In this document: positions 49,546 to 59,154 of the stretch, piece by piece | How the letters are laid out: each line of letters starts with the position of its first letter | How positions within the stretch are numbered: the first letter of the stretch is position 1 | Assembly: GCA_030446545.1 (NCBI GenBank) | Contig: JAUJNB010000012.1 | Span: 8,913-72,912 of the forward strand | DNA from: Acidimicrobiales bacterium | Lineage (GTDB): Bacteria > Actinomycetota > Acidimicrobiia > Acidimicrobiales > CADCSY01 | Length of the DNA: 64,000 bases | Reading direction: 5' to 3' | Translations under genes and position numbers: made by a program | The notes under the pieces: model-generated | The model's database searches: none | What the model was told of the DNA's origin: nothing | The model's input: only the letters and a program-made list of their open reading frames with translations

Positions 49546-51514
49546 CTGCGTAGTTGGCGGCGGGCGCCGGGGGCAGGGCGGCGGTCACCCGGACCGCCCC
49601 GTCGACGACGGTCACGGGCAGACAGCGAACAGCCTCGTCGGTGGGGCCGGCCAGCGCTGCCCCCGTGCGCACGTCGAAGGTGCCACCGTGGCGGGGGCAC
49701 TCCAGTGACGTTCCCCGCAGCGTGCCCTCACCGAGCGACGCGCCGGCGTGGGGGCAGCTGTCGGCCACCGCGCAGAACGAGCCGTCGACGTTGGCCAGGG
49801 CGACGGGCGTACCGCCGGCGTCGACCGTGGTGACCGAGCCCGGCGCCAGGTCACCCACCCGGGCCACGGCCACCGAGCGGGAGCCGCCACTGGCGGCCAC
49901 CTCGGGCTCGGGCCCGCTGGCCCAGCGCTCGGCCATGACCGACTCCAGGTGGCGGGCGAAGGCGTCGTGTCCGATGCGCTGCACGGCCGAGCCCATGCCC
50001 TCGCCTTCATGGCGCATGGCCTCCCAGATGCCCACCACCGCCTCGACGGTGGCCGGCACGTCGGCGGCCGCCACCCGTCCCACCACCTCGCCCACCCGAC
50101 CGGCACCGATGTCGGCGCCCAGGTACACGTGGTAGCCGTCGCGCGTGGCGCCGCCGATGCGCACCTTGGAGCCGGCCAGGCCGATGTCGCCGGCCTGGTG
50201 CTGGGCACAGGAGTTGGGGCAGCCCGAGACGTGCACGCGCAGGGCGGAGTTGCGGCCCAGCCCGGCGCTGGCCAATAAGGCCTTGCCGGCGTCGGGGGCG
50301 GTGGTGATGCCCAAGGCGCACACGGCCGAGCCGGTGCAGGCCCGCACCGATGCGGTGTGGGCCTCACCCGAGAGGAAGAGGCCCCGGGTGGCCAGGACCT
50401 GGCGCACGGTGGCCACCGCCGCCACCCCGACGTTGCGCAGCACGATGTTCTGGTCTCGGCTCACGTTGATGCCACCGTCGCCGTGGCGGTCGGCCAGGTC
50501 GCACACCAGCTCCAGCTCAGAGCCGTTGGTGTCGCCGAGGGGGATGTCGACGGTGAGCGTGGCCAGCCCCGGGGTGCGTTGCGGCCGCACCCCCGCCGAC
50601 CAACCCCCGGGGGGGACATGGGCGAGGATGGCCACCCGATCGGCCTCGGGCAGCACCTCGACCGGGGGGGGCGGGTCGTGGGGACGATTCCGGGCGGCGG
50701 CAAAGGCCTGGTCCCAGGCGGCCCGGAAGGCCGCCTCGCCGAGGCGCTCGACCACGAACTTCATCCGGCCCTTGGTGGGCTTCTCCAGGTCGCCGTGATC
50801 GACGAACACCTCGATGAGGGCCTCGGCCGCCGCCTGCACGTCTAGGCGGGCCACGAAGTCGGCCACCTTGACGGCCAGGAACGGGGCCTTGCCCAGGCTC
50901 CCGCCGGCCCACAGCTCGTAGCCGGGTTCATCGTCTCGTAGCACCGAGACGAAGCCGGCGTCGTTGAGCCGGGCGTCGGTGCGGCAGCGGGGGGAACCAC
51001 CGAAGGCCATGTTGATGCGGCTGGGCAGCACCAGGTTGAGCTCGGCCGAGCGGGCCACGATGGCGTCGCTCACGGCCCGGGCGTCGGGGAGGCAGTCGAA
51101 GGGCTCGTCCAAGCTGATGCCGGCGTCCTCGGAGCACATGACGTTGCGCAGGGTGTGGCCGCAGCCCGAGCGGGTGGTCATGCCCACCTCGGTCACGGCG
51201 TCGAGCAGGGCCGGGATGCGCCGGGCGTCCACCCAGTGCAGCTCGAAGTTCTGTCGGGTGGTGAGGTGCAGCCAGTCGGGCCCGAACGAGCGGGAGATCC
51301 GGGCCAGGCCCCGGGCCTGGGGAGTGGGCAGGGCACCCCCGGGATTGCGCACCCGGACCATGAACACCCCGGGCTGCTCCTGGGTGCACACGCCCCAGGT
51401 CTTGAGCGCGTAGCGGTCCTCGGGGCTCAGCCAGCCGTCGCCGTCGCGCTCCAGGCGGGGCAGGTCGACGGGCAGGCCGGCTTGCTTGGCGGCGGGGATG
51501 TCGGGGGCGGCCAT
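49538..51514 (-). CDS. nirA: Ferredoxin-type siroheme nitrite/sulfite reductase fused to a C-terminal Rieske [2Fe-2S] (NirD-like) domain
   Basis: Intact, read from the ATG at 51514 (MAAPDIPAAK). Two NIR_SIR halves. Siroheme/4Fe-4S Cys cluster RACTGSAVCALG..VSGCPNSCAQHQ. The C-terminal ~105 aa carry CPHAGASL..CPRHGGTF. Confidence 0.9.
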   Translation of the reverse strand: MAAPDIPAAKQAGLPVDLPRLERDGDGWLSPEDRYALKTWGVCTQEQPGVFMVRVRNPGGALPTPQARGLARISRSFGPDWLHLTTRQNFELHWVDARRIPALLDAVTEVGMTTRSGCGHTLRNVMCSEDAGISLDEPFDCLPDARAVSDAIVARSAELNLVLPSRINMAFGGSPRCRTDARLNDAGFVSVLRDDEPGYELWAGGSLGKAPFLAVKVADFVARLDVQAAAEALIEVFVDHGDLEKPTKGRMKFVVERLGEAAFRAAWDQAFAAARNRPHDPPPPVEVLPEADRVAILAHVPPGGWSAGVRPQRTPGLATLTVDIPLGDTNGSELELVCDLADRHGDGGINVSRDQNIVLRNVGVAAVATVRQVLATRGLFLSGEAHTASVRACTGSAVCALGITTAPDAGKALLASAGLGRNSALRVHVSGCPNSCAQHQAGDIGLAGSKVRIGGATRDGYHVYLGADIGAGRVGEVVGRVAAADVPATVEAVVGIWEAMRHEGEGMGSAVQRIGHDAFARHLESVMAERWASGPEPEVAASGGSRSVAVARVGDLAPGSVTTVDAGGTPVALANVDGSFCAVADSCPHAGASLGEGTLRGTSLECPRHGGTFDVRTGAALAGPTDEAVRCLPVTVVDGAVRVTAALPPAPAANYAGG

Positions 51515-51612
51515 GGCCACGACGCTAAGAAGCGGGTGTTGCCGGCGTGGACCCGGGGTGTTTCCATCGCACGACGGCTCGTGCACAACCGGTCCCGAGG
51601 CCGAGAGAAGTC

Positions 51613-51651
51613 GTTCACGTGGTGGTCACGTGACGACAACGGCGGGGAAAC
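51613..51651 (+). promoter_or_regulatory. 11-bp-phased direct repeats in the divergent nirA / nas promoter (GlnR/OmpR-type operator candidate)
   Basis: GTTCAC-gtggtg-GTCAC-gtgacg-ACAAC-ggcggg-GAAAC. It contains TCACGTG twice, 11 bp apart. It lies between the nirA start (51514) and the FeS gene start (51674). Confidence 0.4.
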
Positions 51652-51673
51652 CGCTGCTTCCTAGCGTTGCGCC

Positions 51674-53472
51674 GTGGACCTCGTCACCGCCGACCGTGGC
51701 GCACCCCCCGGCGCCGCCGTCGGCCGGGGCGCGGTCGACGGCGCCCTGGCCCTGACCCCCTCGACTGGTACCTGGCCGACCAGGCCGACCTCAGCGCGGT
51801 GGAGCGCTTCGCCCGCAGTCACGACGCCCACGAGCTGCCGGCCCAGGCCCGCTACTACCGCCACCTCATCCCGCTGGAGGGGCCCGGACCCGGCCAGCAG
51901 TACGGCTTCGAGGTCGACCTCGACGCCTGCACCGGGTGCAAGGCCTGCGTCACCGCCTGTCACGCGCTCAACGGGTTGGACGACGGCGAGTCGTGGCGGA
52001 CGGTGGCGTCGGTCCACGTCGGCGCGGCCGAGCCGTACCAGCAGACGGTGACCACCGCCTGCCATCACTGCGTCGAGCCGGCCTGCCTGGCCGGGTGCCC
52101 GGTCAACGCCTACGAGAAGGACCCGGTGACCGGCATCGTGGCCCACCTCGACGACCAGTGCATCGGCTGTCGCTACTGCGTGCTCACCTGCCCCTACGAG
52201 GTGCCCCGCTACAACGCCGATCGGGGCATCGTGCGCAAGTGCGACCTCTGCGCCGACCGCCTGGGCGCGGGTGAGGCCCCGGCGTGCGTCCAGTCGTGCC
52301 CCAACGCCGCCATCCGGGTGTCGGTCGTGGACACCGAAGGGGCCCGGGCGGCTGCCGGCGAGGGCCGGACCCTGGTCCCCGGCGCCCCCCTCTCGGCGAT
52401 CACCGTGCCCACCACCACCTACCGCAGCGCCCGCGCCGAACCTTCCTCGTTCTTGCGTCCCCCAGGGACGGCAGGAGTCCCTAAGGGACGCAAGAACAGC
52501 GTGGGCGGCGCCTCGCCGGGGCCGAGGACCCCTCGAGCCAGCGGCCTCGCCCCGGCCAGGCCCACGTGCCCCTCACCGTGATGCTGGTGCTGACCCAGGT
52601 GGCGGTGGGCATCTCGGTGGTGGGGCTGGGCGTGCGCACCCTGGCCGGTGGGTCCGGCGGGGCCGGCGGAGTCGGGGCCGATGGCGTGGAAGCGTTGCGC
52701 CCGGTCTCGGCCCTGGTGGCTTTGGCCGTGGGCCTGCTGGCGCTGGGCGCCAGCGTGTTGCACCTGGGCCGACCCGCCTACGCCTTCCGCGCCGTGCTCG
52801 GCATCCGCCGGTCGTGGTTGAGCCGGGAGATCGTGGCCTTCGCCGCCTTCGCGGCCCTGGCGGCGGCCCACGGTTGGGCCGTGCTGGCGGATGCCGGCGG
52901 GGCCGAACCCCTCTTCGGGGCCCTGGCCGCCGGGGCCGGTGTGGTGGGCGTGGCCTGCTCGGCCCAGGTCTACGCCGTCACCCGCCGCCGGTGGTGGTCC
53001 CTGCCCCGGACCGGTTGCAAGTTCGCCCTGACCACCCTGGCCACCGGCGCGGCCGGGATGCTGGTCGTCGCCGTGGCCACCTCCCTCGCCCTCGGCGAGG
53101 GCCCCGCCGAGCGGGCCGGCCTGGTGTCGGGCCGGCCGCTCGGCCTCCTGGTCGCCGTCACCGTCACCGTCAAGTTGGCGTGGGAGGCGGGCCTGCTCCG
53201 CCACCTCCGGCCCGGCGCCCCCGCCGAGCTGCAGCGCAGCGCCCTGCTCCTGGCCGGCGACCTGGCCGCATCCACTCGCTGGCGGGGTGGTCTCGGGTCG
53301 GCCGGGGCGCTGGCCGCCTGATGGCGGCCCTGGGTACCGGGTCGATGGCCCCGGCCCTGGTCCTGGTCCTGGCCGTGGCCGGCTTCGCCGCCGTGGTGAC
53401 GGGCGAGATGGTGGAGCGCTGGCAGTTCTTCACCGCCGTGGCTCCCCCCGCATGCCCTCGGGATCGAGGTGA
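51674..53472 (+). CDS. 4Fe-4S (DmsB-like, four-cluster) protein fused to or followed by a DmsC-like polytopic membrane anchor (apparent frameshifts near 51760, 52450-52560 and 53445)
   Basis: [47 protein letters not shown]. Then about 8 TM helices ([19 protein letters not shown] ... [16 protein letters not shown]). The end is restored by adding one C to a C6 run (..[10 protein letters not shown]). Confidence 0.75.
52449..52497. repeat. 49-nt nested palindrome at the FeS/DmsC junction
   Basis: GTTCTTGCGTCCC-cca-GGGAC-ggcagga-GTCCC-taa-GGGACGCAAGAAC. The 13-bp outer arms and 5-bp inner arms are both perfect, and the element is locally AT-richer than its surroundings. Confidence 0.8.
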
Positions 53473-55716
53473 GGGCCCGGGCCCGGGTCCTGAGCGGGGA
53501 TCGTCGCTCCAGCCTGCTGATGGCCCGGGCCGGCCGCCAGGGCGACGACCTGGCCCGCCGGCCCGGGGCTTCGGCTTGGGCCAGGTGCCGTCCCGCCTGG
53601 CCCCCGAGTCGGTCACCTCCATGGTGTGCGGCTACTGCTCGGTGGGCTGCTCCCTCGACGTCCACCTGCGAGACGGCCACGCCGTCAACCTGTCGCCCAC
53701 GACCGAGTACCCCGTCAACCTCGGGATGGCCTGCCCCAAGGGCTGGGAGGCGTTAACCCCCTGGCTGCGCCCGACCGGGCCACCACCCCCTCGTGCGCGA
53801 CGACAAGGGACACCTTCAACCGGTGGGTTGGCCCGTTGCCCTGGACACGTTCGTCACCCGCATCCGGGCCGTGCAGGCCGAGCACGGACCGGCGTCCGTG
53901 GCCTTCCTGTCGACCGGACAGATCGCCACCGAGGAGATGGCCCTGCTCGGTGCCCTGGCCAAGTTCGGCATGGGCATGGTGCACGGGGACGGCAACACCC
54001 GACAGTGCATGGCCACCGCAGTGGTGGCCTACAAGCAGTCCTTCGGCTTCGACGCCCCGCCCTACACCTACGCCGACCTCGAGTCCTCGGACGTCATCGT
54101 GCTGGTCGGCTCCAACGTGTGCATCGCCCACCCCATCCTCTGGGAGCGCATCTGTCGCAACCCCCACGACCCCGAGATCGTGGTCATCGACCCCGGGCCA
54201 CCGAGACGGCCGTGGCCGCTTCCCAGCACCTGGCCCTGGCTCCCAAGTCCGACCTGGTCCTGCTCTACGGCCTGGCCCGGAGCCTCATCGAGCGCGGCGC
54301 CGTCGATGGGACCTTCGTCGAGGCCCACACCACCGGCTTCGACGCTTTTGCCGCCCACGTGGCGCTTCACCCCGGCCGTGGTGGCCGAGGCCACGGGTCT
54401 GGCCCCCGAAGCCCTCGAACGCCTCACCACGACCGTCGCCAAAGGCAAGCGGGTCTCGTTGTGGTGGACCATGGGCGTCAACCAGAGCCACGAGGGGGTG
54501 CTGGTGGCCCAGGCCATCATCAACGTAGCCCTGCTGACCGGCAACATCGGCCGGCCCGGCACGGGGGCCAACTCGATCACCGGCCAGTGCAACGCCATGG
54601 GGTCGCGGCTGTTCTCCAACACGACCAACCTGTTCGGCGGCCGCGACTTCGCCCGGGCCGACGACCGGGACGACGTGGCCGAGGTCCTCGGCATCGACGC
54701 CGGGCGCATCCCGGCCCGGCCCAGCCTGGCCTACGACCAGATCGTGGAGGGCATCGCCACCGGCGACATCCGGGGCCTGTGGGTGGTGGCCACCAACTCG
54801 GCCCACTCCTGGATCAACCACTCCGTGGGCAGGATCTCCACGACCTGTTGGGCCGCCTCGACTTCCTCGTGGTCCAGGACCTCTACGCCACCACCGAGAC
54901 GGCGCAGCGGGCCGACCTGGTGTTGCCGGCGGCCGGGTCGGGGGCGAGAAGCGGTGGGCCTTCATCAACGACCTGGGCGGGGCAGTGGCTTGGGCCTTCA
55001 TCAACGACGTGGAGCGGCGCCTGGGCCTTCATCGCTGGAGTGGCACACCGAGACTGGGGATGCGGCGGGCTGCTCGACGCCACCGACCTGGTCGTCGAGG
55101 GCATCGCCACCGGGCTTCGAGGCCCTGGGCCGACTTCGCCATCGGCTGGTGGCCGAGGCCTGGGGATCAGCGGCGTGGCGGCTACGAGGCCTGGTCGTCG
55201 CCCTGGGCCGCCTTCGAGATCCTGGGCTCGTCGGCCGGGCGCCCGTGACTTCCGGCCGGCTACGACATGGCGACGACCTGATTCGGCGGGTGGTCCGACG
55301 GCTTGGTGGTTCCTTCGGTGCGCCCCGCCGGGCTCGTCACCGGTGACCGGCGACCCGCGCCTGTTCGGGCGACGGTGTCTTCTTCCATCACCGACCTGGG
55401 AAGCCCGGCCTGCTTCGTGCGCCCATGCACAGCCGTCTTCGCGGAGGTCACCAGCCGGCGCCTGTGCCCAGCTGGGCGCCGCTGATCCAGACCACCGGGC
55501 GGTGGCAGCGGGGACATGGTCACACCGACCTCCGCCCGGGGAAGCGGGCCGTTCGGCGCACCACCAGCGTGGCCCCCAGGGCCATGGTCTTCGTCCAGGT
55601 CGACGCCGGTCAGCGACGCCTCACCCACCCCATGGTGCTCGGCAGCGGGGGAATGCGGCTCGGCCGCCCATCCTACGCACCCGGTGGCGGTGCGGGCCCT
55701 GGAGCACCCCACCTGA
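53469..55716 (+). pseudogene. NasA/NarB-like molybdopterin (bis-MGD) nitrate reductase catalytic subunit. Many frameshifts, with the 3' third heavily degraded.
   Basis: N-terminal 4Fe-4S motif [115 protein letters not shown]. After about 54930 the frame changes every few dozen nt and short segments are duplicated. Confidence 0.8.
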
Positions 55717-55994
55717 CCAGCGTCGGCTCATCGCCAGCCTGCTTGCGTGTCATGGCTGCGGTCATCGCGGCCCTTCAAGCCCCACCCACCGTGTCGTCCT
55801 CGCTTCGACTCCCGTCCTCGGGCCGGCCGTCCATGGCCCTCCCTGCTTCGGCAAGTCGCACGTGATCGGCGTCGGCCTGGCCTGCTGCGGGTCCTGGCGC
55901 GGCGGTCATCGACGCCAACTCAGGCGGGACTTCCTGCTGTTTGGCACACCCGTCTCCGCCAGCCGGTCACCATCGGGCCGTCACCTCGGTGCGA

Positions 55995-56235
55995 CGACTT
56001 CCGGATCTCGCAACGTCGCCATCGTCGCCCATGTCGGGTCAAGGCCCGTTCGGCACCACCCTGGCGACGCCATGTTGTCGGGTCCTGAGCGTCTGTTCGC
56101 CAACCGAGGCCGTGAAGGCCGGGACGGGACTCCGCCGACCTGGTGCGGGGCCCGGACTTCCCATCGCCTCCTGCCGCCCATGAACACCGTCGGTGCGCTA
56201 CGGCGACGTCGTTGATCATCGCCCATGTCGGCCAT
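55995..56235 (+). repeat. Degenerate partial copies of the typA 5' region lying upstream of typA
   Basis: ggatctcgcaacgtcgccatcgtcgcccatgtcgg (56003-56037) resembles ggatctgcgcaacgtcgccatcatcgcccatgtcgg (56311-56346). ggtgcgctacggcgacgtc occurs at 56192 and 56480. atcatcgcccatgtcgg occurs again at 56216. Confidence 0.6.
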
Positions 56236-58113
56236 GGCACGCCCTAGGCTGGGACGCCATTGTCCGCTGGGTCGGGGCCCGCGTCTTCCCCTTTGCCTCG
56301 AACAGCGCGCGGATCTGCGCAACGTCGCCATCATCGCCCATGTCGGCAAGACCACCCTGGTCGACGCCATGTTTGGCAGTCGGGGTCTTTCGCGCCAACC
56401 AGGACGTGAACACCCGGGTCATGGACTCCACCGACCTGGAGCGGGAGAAGGGCATCACCATCCTGGCCAAGAACACCTCGGTGCGCTACGGCGACGTCAA
56501 GTTGAACATCGTCGACACCCCGGGTCACGCCGACTTCGGCGGCGAGGTGGAACGGGCGCTGGCCATGGTCGACGGCGTGCTGTTGCTGGTCGACGCGGCC
56601 GAGGGTCCCCAACCTCAGACCCGCTTCGTGTTGCGCAAGGCCCTGGAGTCACGCCTGCCGGTGATCCTGGCCGTCAACAAGGTGGACCGGCCCGACGCCC
56701 GGGTGAGCGAGGTGGTCGACGAGGTCTATGAGCTGTTCCTCGACCAATCGACGCCGAGATCGAACAGATCCAGTTCCCCATCATCTTCTGCAACGGCAAG
56801 GACGGCTGGGCCTCGATGAGCGCCGATGTCGACGGGGTCGACCTCAAGCCCCTCTTCGAGCTCCTCCTCGACCACATCCCCGCCCCCACCTACGACGAGG
56901 GCCACCCCCTCCAGGCCCTGGTCACCAACCTCGACCGTTCGCCCTACCTCGGGCGCCTGGCCCTGTGCCGGGTCCGCCAGGGGCGCATCGAGCGGGGCCA
57001 GTCGGCGGCCTGGTGCCGGGCCGACGGCACCATCGAGCGGGTCCGCATCAGCGAGCTGTTCGTCACCGAGGGCCTGGAGCGGACCTCCGCCACCGACGCC
57101 GGGCCGGGGAGATCATCGCCGTGGCCGGCCTCGACGAGGTCACCATCGGCGAGACCCTGGCCGACGGTGACGACCCCCGCCCCCTGCCGGTGATCACGGT
57201 CGACGAGCCCAGCCTGTCGATGACCCTCGGGGTCAACAGCTCCCCGTTGGCGGGCAAGGACGGCACCAAGCTGACCGCCCGCATGGTGAAGGACCGCCTC
57301 GACACCGAGCTCATCGGCAACGTCTCGCTGCGGGTCACGCCCACCGAGCGGCCCGACACCTGGGAGGTGCAGGGTCGGGGAGCTGCAGCTGGCGGTGCTG
57401 GTGGAGACCATGCGCCGCGAGGGCTTCGAGCTCACCGTGGGCAAGCCCCAGGTGGTCACCCGGGAGATCGACGGCAAGGTCCACGAGCCCATCGAACGGC
57501 TCGGCGTCCATGTCCCCGAGGAACACCTGGGCGTGGTCACCCGGCTCATGGCGCCCCGCAAGGGACGCCTCCAGCAGATGGTGAATCACGGCAGCGGGTG
57601 GGTCCGCATGGAGTACCTCATCCCGGCCCGGGGCCTCATCGGCTTCCGTACCGAGCTCATGACCGAGACGCGGGCACGGCCATCGCCAACCACGTCTTCG
57701 AGGGCTACGAGCCCTGGCAGGGACCGCTGCGGATCCGGTCCAACGGCAGCATCGTGGCCGACCGCCAGGGCGCCACCACCACCTTCGCCCTCATGAACCT
57801 CCAGGAGCGGGGCGAGCTCATCGTGGGCCCGGGCGTCGATGTCTACGAGGGGATGATCGTGGGCGAGAGCTCCCGGGGCGACGACATGGACGTCAACCCG
57901 GTCAAGGAGAAGAAGCTCAACAACATCCGCTCCTCCACCGCCGACGTGCTGGTGCGGCTGTCGCCTCCCCGACCGGTCTCCCTCGAACAGGCCCTGGAGC
58001 TGATCGCCGAGGACGAGTGCGTGGAGGTGACCCCCGCCGCCGTACGTCTGCGCAAGGTGGTGCTGGTGGGCACCGAACGTCGTCGCAGCCAGAAGCGCGA
58101 TCGCAGCGCCTGA
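56225..58113 (+). CDS. typA: Translational GTPase TypA/BipA (about five apparent frameshifts, N-terminus uncertain)
   Basis: [79 protein letters not shown] and the C-terminal LRKVVL.. read across frames 2/0/2/1/2/1. Confidence 0.9.
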
Positions 58114-58251
58114 CGGGAACTCCGGCCCAGAGGTGGAGGCATCCGCTCCGGGCCTCTAGCGTGGGCCGGGCGACCTGGCCTGCTGGCGCCGGAGGGAGGC
58201 GGATGGAAACGACCCGAGCTCATACCCACATCGCTCGGCCCCCGGTCGCCC

Positions 58252-58833
58252 ATGGCTAGACCCCGCTCCGCCCCCGAGGGCCCCGATCCCTTCGAGGTGC
58301 TCGGCGTGTCACGCCTGGCCACACTGGAGGAGGTCACCGCCGCCTATCGGGCCTTGGCCCAGACCTACCACCCGGATCGCCACGTCGACAGTCCGGCGGC
58401 CGTGCAGAGCCAGGCCGAGCAGCGCATGCGCGAGGTGAACCAAGCCTTCCTGGTCCTGAAGAAGGGTTCGTGGCTGGCCGCCAGCGCCGAAACCCAGATC
58501 CGCTCGTGGGACACCCCCGACCCCAACGCCGGCTTCGAGGCTCGCCGCCGGGCGTCCCAGGCGTCGCGGCAGCACACCGCCCAGGCCCGGGCCGCCCAGG
58601 CCAGTCGAACCCAGGCCAAGCAGTCGATTCCCGGCGGTCAGGCCCGGCCCATGATCAAGGCCATGGGGGGGGAGAAGATCGGCTTCGGCCTGGCCCAGGC
58701 CCTGATCACCAACGAGCTCACCTGTCGTACCTGCCAGAGCGTCCAGATCCTGCCCGCCGGCTGGCAGGATCGGCTGCGCGACACCGACTGGTCGTGTTCG
58801 GCCTGCGGACGGGTCATCCTGGCCTGGCGCTGA
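58252..58833 (+). CDS. J-domain protein with a C-terminal double-CxxC zinc-ribbon
   Basis: Intact 193 aa. DPFEVLGVSRLATLEEVTAAYRALAQTYHPDR (HPD). The C-terminus has CRTC..(22 aa)..CSAC. Confidence 0.75.
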   Translation: MARPRSAPEGPDPFEVLGVSRLATLEEVTAAYRALAQTYHPDRHVDSPAAVQSQAEQRMREVNQAFLVLKKGSWLAASAETQIRSWDTPDPNAGFEARRRASQASRQHTAQARAAQASRTQAKQSIPGGQARPMIKAMGGEKIGFGLAQALITNELTCRTCQSVQILPAGWQDRLRDTDWSCSACGRVILAWR

Positions 58834-58937
58834 CCACCGCAGCTCGCTTCGATCGCCGACCGGCGTGGCGCCGCCGCTCGGCGCACTGTCTTTCCGTTCC
58901 GACAGGGCCAGGCCGGCTTTGCTCGCCGCCCTGTCGG

Positions 58938-59147
58938 TCAGCTGACGGTGAGGGTGGCGATGGCCCAGACGGAGGCCATCAGACCGACGCAGATCATCAC
59001 CAGGCTGCGGCCGACCGGCGGGCGGGCCAGGTCGCTGTCTCCCCGGCGCGACGGCGGGCGCACCAGGGCCAACACGCTGCCCAGGGCCATGGCTGCGCCG
59101 AGGGCCAGGACGAGTTGTGCGAGCAGGTCGTCGCCGAGCAGGTTCAC
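58938..59147 (-). CDS. Small two-TM membrane protein
   Basis: Intact 69 aa with two hydrophobic helices separated by RPPSRRGDSDLARPP. Lies 7 nt downstream of the lipoprotein gene. Confidence 0.4.
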   Translation of the reverse strand: MNLLGDDLLAQLVLALGAAMALGSVLALVRPPSRRGDSDLARPPVGRSLVMICVGLMASVWAIATLTVS

Positions 59148-59154
59148 GGACTGG

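Noticed and set aside
51613-51635. Two CACGTG palindromes that recall the centre of parS (tGTTTCACGTGAAACa).
   Set aside because: Neither copy has the flanking GTTT/AAAC arms of parS. The 11-bp direct-repeat phasing and the promoter location fit an OmpR/GlnR-type operator better.
52271-56215. A 1,314-aa ORF, the longest in the track, spanning the FeS/DmsC gene, the nasA-like gene and the junk region upstream of typA.
   Set aside because: It is a composite. Only parts of it coincide with the true frames (for example [13 protein letters not shown]). The rest is Arg/Pro/Gly-rich out-of-frame read-through, which is typical of high-GC DNA lacking stop codons.
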